Below are positions 56,742 through 64,000 of a stretch of DNA of 64,000 bases, piece after piece (positions within the stretch are counted from its first letter, which is position 1; every line of letters starts with the position of its first letter). The position numbers were made by a program, and so were the translations under genes. The notes beneath the pieces were generated by a model that had not been told where the DNA came from, did not search any database, and saw only the letters and a list, made by a program, of their open reading frames with translations. The stretch is from an uncultured Gemmatimonadaceae bacterium (GTDB lineage: Bacteria > Gemmatimonadota > Gemmatimonadetes > Gemmatimonadales > Gemmatimonadaceae): NCBI GenBank assembly GCA_963829055.1, contig CAWHHI010000020.1:1-64000 (forward strand), read 5' to 3'.

Positions 56742-56830
56742 GTCACCCGAGCCGCAGCGAGGGATCTTTTGAAGTCATGTAGCCAGTCGGCCACAAGACT
56801 CAGAAGGTCCCTCGCTGCCGCTCGGATGAC
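56742..56830. repeat. Repeat family B hairpin
   Basis: GTCACCCGAGCCGCAGCGAGGGA / TCCCTCGCTGCCGCTCGGATGAC. Confidence 0.8.
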
Positions 56831-56850
56831 ACTGCGCTATGCATGCGCCC

Positions 56851-57553
56851 TCACCCGTCCAGGCGCCAGAACGCTCCCGTCAAACCCGCCTGCTCGAAGA
56901 TCGCGTGCGCCTCGTCCATCGTCGCACGGCGCCACGTTGACGACAGCCGATTGTGAAACCACGGCTGTGCCAGACGCCATAACGCGTCCAGGCTGAACAC
57001 CGCGCCCACCGGGATCCCCGACGTCGCGCTCCATTGCCTGACGTGCTCCTCCGACCGGAAGAGTCGCATCGTGCTTCACGTGAAGACGATGTCAGCCCAC
57101 CAGCGGGCAGCAGGCACCGCGAAGTGGACCACGGCGTCGGGCTCGTGCGCTCGTTAGGCGACCATCCCGAACCTCGAGGCCGAGCGGCGCAGCACAGTCC
57201 GCACACCGGGTCGCGATCGTGGCGTCCATCGGCCGTCCCGCGCCTGCCAGCATCGCCGGAACACCCACCGCGTCCCAGATGCAGTTCGCGTAGACCGACC
57301 GATCGCCGAGGCGCACCGAGAAGTCGGTGGGCACGCCCGCCAGCGGCGCCGCCATGAGGATGTCGCGCGAGCTCGGCTCGAGCACGATCGCGCGTCCCGC
57401 CGCCAGCCTATCGAACGCCGCCGCAACGTCGTTGTCCCCTAATCCGAGATCACGAGCGACGCTCGCGACCGACGGCGCTCGCCCATCCAGAAAACCGTTC
57501 AGTATGGTTAGGCGCACGCTCGCGTCGAGATCCGTCACGGCACGGTCGCTCAC
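56851..57553 (-). CDS. MerB-like organomercurial lyase, probable selenoprotein; one indel near 57148
   Basis: MAAPL, YANCIWDA, CADC, then VVHFAVPAARWWADIVFT-TGA-STMRLFRSEEHV. TGA at 57078-57076 is in frame with ORF 56851..57069. Confidence 0.82.
57046..57063 (-). promoter_or_regulatory. Putative bacterial SECIS element
   Basis: Starts after 12 nt downstream of the UGA: stem CUCUUCC/GGAGGAG with GGUC loop, resembling the E. coli fdhF SECIS apex. Confidence 0.7.
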
Positions 57554-59175
57554 TGCACGACCGCCCCGCGCGCCTCGGGCTTCGCCTTCCGCGGCAGCTT
57601 CTCATCGCGCTGCGCCGCCATGAACGCGAACGCGGCGGACACCGTCGCCTGCTGCACGAGGTCCTCGCGCTGGACGCGATCCACGAAGTCCATGTTCGAG
57701 TGATGCGTGCGCGAGTTGTACTCGAGACGCTCCTGCACGAACTGGAAACCGGGCAAGCCAACCGCGTCGAACGACGCATGGTCCGTCGAGCCGACCGCGC
57801 GCGGGCCCAGGATCTCGACACCGAGATCCTTCAACGGCTCGATCCACTGCTCGAAGATCGGACGCGTGCCAAGATTTCCCTGATACCAGATGCCGCGGAT
57901 CTTGCCCGTGCCGTTGTCGAGGTTGAAGTAGGCCGCGAGCTTGTCCCACTCCGGCTTCGTCTGCATGGTCGCCGGGTCGGCGTAGTGCTGCGCGACGTAC
58001 GCGCGCGATCCCATCAGCCCTTCCTCCTCGCCGCCCCAGAGTGCGATGCGGATCGTGCGTCGCGGCTTGATGCCACTCGCCTTGAGAATGCGCATCGCCT
58101 CGATCATCGCGACGCTGCCCGTCGCGTTGTCCGTCGCGCCCGTGGCACCGTGATGCGAGTCGAAGTGGGCGCCGAGCATGACGACTTCGTCCTTCAACTT
58201 CGGGTCAGTCCCCGGAATCTCGGCCACGATGTTGAAGCCGCCCTTCCCTTCCGGCTCGTCGAGGAACTTCGTCTCTACGTGTAGCTCCATCTTGACCGGC
58301 ACGCCACGATCGAGAATGCGCACCATGCGGTTGTAGTGCTCGACGGCGATCGTGATGTTCGGCAATCCCTTGCCGGCGTTCTCATCGCGAGTGCCGCCGG
58401 TGCCGACGAAGATCGTTCCGCCGTCCACGCGCTGCGCCTGCCACGAGAGGTCACTGCCGCCGGCGCTCAGGTCGCTGTCGGCCCCGCGATCGATGAGCGC
58501 GATCGCGCCCTCGCTCTGGTAGAATTGCGCGACGCGCTGCGCGAACTGCTGGCCCTGCGCGAATCCGCCCGGGCCGCCGCGACCGCCACTCGCCTGCGCG
58601 GGGACGGGCGTCGTCTTCGCCTCGGCGACATCGTCGTCGTTCATGCGCAGGACGATGCGGCCGTCGAGCATGCGGACGGCGCGCGCAGGCTGCGTGAGCA
58701 CGATCTTGCCCTGCAGCTTGCCCTTGTACTTGTCGAAGTCCGCGGCGGTGACGATCGGCGCCAGCACGACTTCAGCCTGCACGGTGCCGTTCGTGCTCGA
58801 CGTCCACGACTTCGGAAGTCCGATGATGGGCATGATCTGCGGCTCGATCATGTGCGCGTGGAAGCGCACGAGCTGCCATCCCTTGCCGAACGCCCACGGC
58901 TCCTCGTGAATGTTCGAGAGGCCCCACTCGCCGAACTTCTTCTTGGTCCAGTCCGCCGCCTGACGGATACCGGGGCCACCCGTTAGGCGCGGGCCGTACA
59001 CGTCGGCGATCCACGAGATGTGGTCCATCGCCTGCGATCGCTGCAGTCCCTCATCCTTGATGCGCGCGAGCGTGGCGTAGTCGATCTTCTCCGGATTCGC
59101 GGGGGCGCCGGTCTGCGCCCCGGCGGCGGAGAAGGCGACAACGCAGGAGAAGGCGAAGTAACGGATCGTGTTCAT
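57550..59175 (-). CDS. M28-family secreted metallopeptidase
   Basis: YGPRLTG, GAHFDS, GATDNATG, WGGEEEGLMGS, NLDNG and STDH. Confidence 0.92.
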   Translation of the reverse strand: MNTIRYFAFSCVVAFSAAGAQTGAPANPEKIDYATLARIKDEGLQRSQAMDHISWIADVYGPRLTGGPGIRQAADWTKKKFGEWGLSNIHEEPWAFGKGWQLVRFHAHMIEPQIMPIIGLPKSWTSSTNGTVQAEVVLAPIVTAADFDKYKGKLQGKIVLTQPARAVRMLDGRIVLRMNDDDVAEAKTTPVPAQASGGRGGPGGFAQGQQFAQRVAQFYQSEGAIALIDRGADSDLSAGGSDLSWQAQRVDGGTIFVGTGGTRDENAGKGLPNITIAVEHYNRMVRILDRGVPVKMELHVETKFLDEPEGKGGFNIVAEIPGTDPKLKDEVVMLGAHFDSHHGATGATDNATGSVAMIEAMRILKASGIKPRRTIRIALWGGEEEGLMGSRAYVAQHYADPATMQTKPEWDKLAAYFNLDNGTGKIRGIWYQGNLGTRPIFEQWIEPLKDLGVEILGPRAVGSTDHASFDAVGLPGFQFVQERLEYNSRTHHSNMDFVDRVQREDLVQQATVSAAFAFMAAQRDEKLPRKAKPEARGAVVQ

Positions 59176-60305
59176 CAGCGATCACCGTGAAATGTCTTGT
59201 TGCCGCGAGGTGTTGGCGGCGCCGGCTGCCAGCGACCGGACTCGTAGTCCATCCAGCGCATGAACAGCGCGTCCGAGTAGTCGGCCAGAATCTTCTTGCC
59301 GTCCGGCAGCTTCGCCACCGTCTCGCGCAGTACGTCCGGGTACGAGCCGCGCGCCGCACCGACGAGCGCGATCACGCCATCGTACGCCGCGCGATAGTCC
59401 TTCGCGGTGAACGTGACGGTCTGATCAGCGTACGTGATCCCCGGAAGGTCTTTGAGCGACGCGAGACTGGCGGGCGGAACCGCGTGCAGCCCGGCCTTCA
59501 TTGGCGTTGCCAGCGTCATGATCTTCGCCTTCGAGATGTTGCGCACCGCACGCGCGGCTTTCTCGCGCATCTCGGCGTGCACTTCATCCACCGGACGCAG
59601 CTCTACCGTGGAAGCGCTCGTCGCCTTCTTCGTCACGACGAACTCGACCCACGGCAGGATCTTCAGGTCGTTCTGCAGCCGATCGTCGCCGGAGACGAAG
59701 ATGATCGGCACGCCGACGCGACCCCACGAGTAGCCGACGATCTCGCTCTCCGTGATCGACTTGCCGTTGAGCAGCATGTCCATGCCGAGCGTGATCGTGT
59801 GCGACGCGAAGCCGCGACTCCCGGTCTTCGCGTGCATGGCGACCGCGACCACGGCGTCGTACACGTTAGGCTCCGTGATGTCCACGTACGGATCGAACGC
59901 CTTGTCGCGGATCACCTGCTTGGCGCGCTTGTCGAGCAGGTCGCGCCGCACGTCCGGATCGGGATTGCCGCTCCCGTGCGCGTCGACGACGTCCACCTGC
60001 GTCGCGCCGCCGGCGTAGAGGCCCTCGATCACGGCGTTGATGTCCGCCGCGAGCATCTTCTGCCCCTCGGGATACTTCTCCGGGTGACTGAAGAGGAACG
60101 TGCGCCAGTCGTCCTGGCCGGCGAGTCCCTCCATGTCGTGATACAGGAGAATCCGGACGGGGGCCGCGGGCGGACGTCGGGATGGCGACGGGGAGGCGTG
60201 GGTGCGCGCCGGCTCGAACGCATCACCGAGCGTGGCTGTCGCCGCAGCCGCGATGACGAGCGTGAGGAGGGCGGCAGTGAGGTGTACGACGCGTCGGTTC
60301 GTCAT
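59175..60305 (-). CDS. M55-family (DppA-like) D-aminopeptidase, exported
   Basis: HDMEG, VVDAHGSG, MHAK..FASHT and VSGDD. Confidence 0.88.
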   Translation of the reverse strand: MTNRRVVHLTAALLTLVIAAAATATLGDAFEPARTHASPSPSRRPPAAPVRILLYHDMEGLAGQDDWRTFLFSHPEKYPEGQKMLAADINAVIEGLYAGGATQVDVVDAHGSGNPDPDVRRDLLDKRAKQVIRDKAFDPYVDITEPNVYDAVVAVAMHAKTGSRGFASHTITLGMDMLLNGKSITESEIVGYSWGRVGVPIIFVSGDDRLQNDLKILPWVEFVVTKKATSASTVELRPVDEVHAEMREKAARAVRNISKAKIMTLATPMKAGLHAVPPASLASLKDLPGITYADQTVTFTAKDYRAAYDGVIALVGAARGSYPDVLRETVAKLPDGKKILADYSDALFMRWMDYESGRWQPAPPTPRGNKTFHGDR

Positions 60306-60360
60306 GGAGACACAGGAGAAAGTGGATGCGGCACAATACGGCGCGGGGTCCACCGCGACA

Positions 60361-60425
60361 ACCGCGCTGGCCGAGCGTTATCGGGTCATCCGGGAGATCG
60401 GTCAGTCGGGATGGCGAGCGTTTAG
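60361..60425 (+). pseudogene. Remnant of a Ser/Thr protein kinase N-terminus
   Basis: TALAERYRVIREIGQSG/MASV* resembles kinase subdomain I (LADRYRIERELGQGGMATV). Nothing follows it. Confidence 0.5.
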
Positions 60426-60471
60426 GCAGTCAGCGCAGACGAGTTGCCGGCTCCCTCGCTGCGCGCACCAC

Positions 60472-61338
60472 TCACGCGAGCTTGTCCGGATTCACCACGA
60501 TGAACACCTGCGCCACGCGCCCGGCGGCGGCATTGATAGTGATAACGCCGCGCAGTCGTCCACCGGTGTGGTGCGACAGCCCGAGCCCTCCGTTGACCGG
60601 ATCGACGCGCACCTCGCCCGCCGAGCGCCACTTGCGCACCACTGCGGCCAGGAAGCGCGCGACGTGCTCCGCACCGAGCACCGGCCGACGTGCCGCCGCG
60701 AACTTTCCGCCGCCGTCCGCCCATGCGACGGCGTCGTTGGCCAGCAGCGCGAGGAGACCGTCCATGTCGCCCGTAGTGCAGGCATCCAGAAAGCGGCGCG
60801 CGAGGTCCTGCGCGGCGTCGGCGTCCCGGTTGAACCGCGGACGCCCGCTGGCAATCCCCTGCTTCGCTCGCTGCACGAGCTGCCGGCAGTTGGCTTCGCT
60901 CGTGTCGAGCATGCCAGCGATGTCGGAATACTCGTAGCCGAACACCTCACGCAGCAGGTACGCGGCACGCTGGGTCGGCGTTAGGCGTTCGAGCAGCACC
61001 AGGAACGCCGTGGAAAGGGACTCCGCCAGCTCGGCCGACGCGATCGGGTCGCGCTGGTCCACACCCATGAGCGGCTCCGGCAGCCACGGGCCGACGTACA
61101 CCTCGCGGCGCACCCGGGCGGACCGGAGATGATCCACCGCCAGACGAGTCACCGTCGCGGCAAGGAAGTCCTTTGGCGAGCGCACTTCGGCCTGGTCTGC
61201 CCTGAGCCAGCGAAGATACGCTTCCTGAACGATGTCTTCCGCGTCCGCCGCACTGCCGAGCATCCGGTACGCGATGGAAAACAGGAGCGGGCGATGCTCG
61301 CGAAACACTTCGAGACGAGGATCGGTAGCGAAATCCAT
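60472..61338 (-). CDS. ECF41 (SigJ-type) RNA polymerase sigma factor with SnoaL-like extension
   Basis: LFSIAYRMLGSAADAEDIVQEA, YVGPWLPEP, ADGGGK and NPDKL. Confidence 0.93.
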   Translation of the reverse strand: MDFATDPRLEVFREHRPLLFSIAYRMLGSAADAEDIVQEAYLRWLRADQAEVRSPKDFLAATVTRLAVDHLRSARVRREVYVGPWLPEPLMGVDQRDPIASAELAESLSTAFLVLLERLTPTQRAAYLLREVFGYEYSDIAGMLDTSEANCRQLVQRAKQGIASGRPRFNRDADAAQDLARRFLDACTTGDMDGLLALLANDAVAWADGGGKFAAARRPVLGAEHVARFLAAVVRKWRSAGEVRVDPVNGGLGLSHHTGGRLRGVITINAAAGRVAQVFIVVNPDKLA

Positions 61339-61355
61339 CGTCGCACGTCGTGGCG

Positions 61356-62579
61356 TTAGGCGGCGGACCGTACGATACGGTCTGGCGCGATGGTGCGAGC
61401 CGCAGGCCAGCCAAACGGCGGCGGGTAGATCATCCAGGTGTTGATCGTCTGCTTCATGACCTTCCCCCAGAATCCCGTGAGGTGCACTTGTCGATCCCAC
61501 CCCTGGGTAAACAGCCCTCCCCAGTCGCCGAGGTCGAGGCAGGTGACGTAGTCCGGTTGCAGAAACCTGCTGGGTTCACGACCCGACAGCTCGGCCACGG
61601 CGTTACGGCCCGCACGCTCACCCATGGGGATGGCGTATTGACACGACATGGGTGCGACGTGCTCACCGTCCGCCAGCGCGTGGGCAACGTCGCCGGCGGC
61701 AAAGACGCCATCGACGCCACGCACGCGAAGGCATTCATCCACCATGGTGCGACCAAGGCCATCACGCTCCGCCGGAAGTTGCAGAGTGAGATCACTGGCG
61801 CACAAGCCGGCAGTCCACACCGCCGTCGCGGCGGCGATGCGCTCGCCACTCGTGAGGGTAACGTGGCCGCCATCGATCTCCGCGACGCTGGTGCCGACGC
61901 GGACAGCAACCCCGAGCTCGCGGAGCGCCGTCTCCACGATTGGCCGGGGATTCGACCCCAGGCCCGGTGCCACCGCCGACGCACGCTCGACCAGCACCAC
62001 CGCCGGCCGCTCGCCCGCACCGGCACGCGTCGCGAGGGAGCGCAGGCGGCTGACCATGGTGGTCGCGACTTCCAGCCCGGCGAATCCCGCCCCAACGACC
62101 ACGGCGGTGAAACGCCCGGCACGCGTGCGGTCCGACGGCCTCCTACCGAGCCCAGCGAGATGGCGGTCGAGGGACACGGCCTCGTCGTATGTGTCGACGC
62201 TGAACGCGTGCTCGCTGGCGCCCGGGATGTCGGGCCGGCGCAGACGACTGCCGGCGGCGAGGATCAGGCGGTCGTAGGACAGTATCGTGCGGCCGCGGAT
62301 CGCGTCTACCGCGACCGTTCGCGCGGCAGCGTCGATGCGCGTCACATTGCCGAGCATGAGCTCCACGCCGAGGGAGTCGAGAAGGTCGCCGAGAGGGACG
62401 CGCATCCCCTCGGGATCGGCCTCATAGAGTCGCGGGCGGATCGTGAGGTACGGCTCGCGGGTGACCAGGGTGATCCGCAGGTCCGCGGCCGCGCGGCGGA
62501 GCTCGGCGCGCGCCGCGGCCGCACCTAACGCGCTCCACACGCCGGCGAAGCCTCCGCCAATGATCAGTAGCTGCTGCAT
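61356..62579 (-). CDS. NAD(P)/FAD-dependent oxidoreductase (NDH-2-like)
   Basis: IIGGGFAG, YDRLILAAGS, VVGAGFAGLE, VFAAGD and MSCQYA. Confidence 0.9.
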   Translation of the reverse strand: MQQLLIIGGGFAGVWSALGAAAARAELRRAAADLRITLVTREPYLTIRPRLYEADPEGMRVPLGDLLDSLGVELMLGNVTRIDAAARTVAVDAIRGRTILSYDRLILAAGSRLRRPDIPGASEHAFSVDTYDEAVSLDRHLAGLGRRPSDRTRAGRFTAVVVGAGFAGLEVATTMVSRLRSLATRAGAGERPAVVLVERASAVAPGLGSNPRPIVETALRELGVAVRVGTSVAEIDGGHVTLTSGERIAAATAVWTAGLCASDLTLQLPAERDGLGRTMVDECLRVRGVDGVFAAGDVAHALADGEHVAPMSCQYAIPMGERAGRNAVAELSGREPSRFLQPDYVTCLDLGDWGGLFTQGWDRQVHLTGFWGKVMKQTINTWMIYPPPFGWPAARTIAPDRIVRSAA

Positions 62580-62922
62580 TGAACGAAACCGGTTGGAGTA
62601 CACGAACGAGAGGGGAACCTCACATGGGACGAGATTGGCCTCCGTTCTGTGACACTCCGTCGACACTCGCGCCGCTTCTCAGGTCGCGCGCGTCACGTCA
62701 AAGTACCAGCGCCCTACGGTCACTCCTCGCGCGACGTCGACGTACCACCGAAGCCCGGCTTCTTCGGACTCCCCTTCCTCGGTGCGACACCAGGAGGACG
62801 CTCGGCGCCTTTCGCCTTCGGGTGACTCCGTGGATTGTCGCGCCCCGCCGGATCGGAGCCGGAGCTCCGGCGCTTCCGCCCTGCCTTGCCTCCCTTCATT
62901 GCCTACCTCCGGGTGAGTGGTC

Positions 62923-63080
62923 GTCATTCCGAGCGGTCGTCATTCCGAGCGGAGCGCCGAAGGCGCGCAGTCGAGGAATCGTTGCTTTCAGGGTAGAGCG
63001 GCTTGCCCCTCTACCGGGAGGTCAAGGATTCCTCGACTCGCTGTCGCTCGCTCGGAATGACGACCGCTGCGCGGAATGAC
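62923..63080. repeat. Repeat family B hairpin with duplicated ends
   Basis: GTCATTCCGAGCGG twice, ..GTCGAGGAATC / GATTCCTCGAC..GGAATGAC twice. Confidence 0.85.
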
Positions 63081-63189
63081 AACAACGAATCTTACGTCCC
63101 CGGGCCCGGTTGAAACAGCCGGCCATGCCTAACGTACGGCGGGGTTCGAATCGCCTATCGGAATGAGCGCAGAGGCCCGACCTTACGTC

Positions 63190-64000
63190 ATGGAACCCAC
63201 CCGCGAGACCGGAACGAGCGAGCCACGAGCCTGGACGGGGGCCGAGCGCTTCGCGTTTCGCGCCGCAATCGCGTACTTCGGATGTGTTCTTCCTCGGCTC
63301 GCTCCTCGACTCGGCCCCAGGCCCGCGTAGGCTGCTCGCCGCGGCGAGTAGTCCCGTCGGCTGGTTCGGACACACGGTGATGCGGCTCGGTGGCTCACCT
63401 AACGATGGTGGCGCGCAGTGGGCGATCGCGCAGCAGATCGTGGCCGTGCTCGTGGCGCTCGCGATCGCGGCCGTCTGGTCACTCGCCAGTCGACGCCGTG
63501 AATACCGTCGCCCGTACGGCTGGTTCCGGATCGCGCTCCGCTATTACGTCGCCATCATCATGCTCGTCTACGGTGGCTTCAAGGTCATCGAGTCGCAGTT
63601 TCCCCCGCTGACGATCGACCAGCTCGTGCAACCGCTCGGCAACCTGGCGCCCATGGGACTGCTCTGGAGCTTCATGGGCTACTCCGCGGTCTACGCGTCG
63701 TTCACGGGGCTCGGCGAGACGATCGGCGCGTTGCTGCTCTTCTTCCGCCGTACGACAACGGCCGGTGCACTCATCCTCGTCGCGGTGCTGAGCAACGTCG
63801 CGCTGCTCAACTACACGTTCGACGTGCCGGTGAAGCAGCTCTCGTCGAACCTGCTGCTCGCGGCCATGGTGCTCGCCTTGCCGGACCTGCGACGCCTGCT
63901 CGACGTATTCGTGCTGAATCGCCCGACGGAGCCCGTGGATCTCACGTTCGACATACCACGCTGGCTATGCCGCGTGCGGCGGTTCTTGAAGCCCGTCGTC
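63190..64000 (+). CDS. DoxX-like membrane protein, partial; frameshift near 63280
   Basis: Manual translation: MEPTRET..ERFAFR / LRYYVAIIMLVYGGFKVIESQFP..PMGLLWSFMGYS..LLFFRRTT..LNYTFDVPVK. Open at the window end. Confidence 0.82.

Noticed and set aside
62679..62927. Small minus-strand ORF next to a family B repeat
   Set aside because: It starts inside the repeat and has no RBS or recognisable domain.
60..63133. GCCTAAC/GTTAGGC as integron attC core sites (RYYYAAC/GTTRRRY) or telomere-like TTAGGC repeats
   Set aside because: Copies are single, mostly intragenic and never tandem. I saw no pairing into 60-140-bp attC hairpins and no integron integrase.
63100..63165. GGTTCGAATC suggesting a tRNA T-loop
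   Set aside because: No cloverleaf, acceptor stem or D-arm can be built around it.

Overview
High-GC bacterial chromosomal DNA (roughly two-thirds GC by eye). The gene content suggests Gemmatimonadota, which is an inference: orphan duplicated ABC permeases, SusC/SusD, a BTAD regulator, many secreted peptidases and amidohydrolases, DinB proteins and a Ser/Thr-kinase remnant. About 30 small indels break otherwise intact genes, which points to an unpolished long-read assembly, so most split ORFs are reported as single CDSs. No rRNA, tRNA or CRISPR array was found. Main observations: (1) The non-palindromic motif (C)GTTAGGC/GCCTAAC(G) is scattered at about 1 per kb on both strands, mostly inside genes through rare codons; it is a candidate uptake, self-recognition or chromosome-organising signal. 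(2) A translationally coupled WD40-TM / CHAT protease / nSTAND1 operon appears to encode a STAND protein split in its winged helix, with the halves in swapped order. (3) A MerB-like organomercurial lyase has an in-frame UGA followed by an E. coli-type SECIS hairpin, making it a probable selenoprotein. (4) A RAYT (TnpA-REP) transposase is flanked by a palindromic REP family that recurs at 9 loci. Other points are several more dispersed hairpin families, a hicAB pair whose hicA is missing from the ORF track, and a domain-permuted multicopper oxidase.
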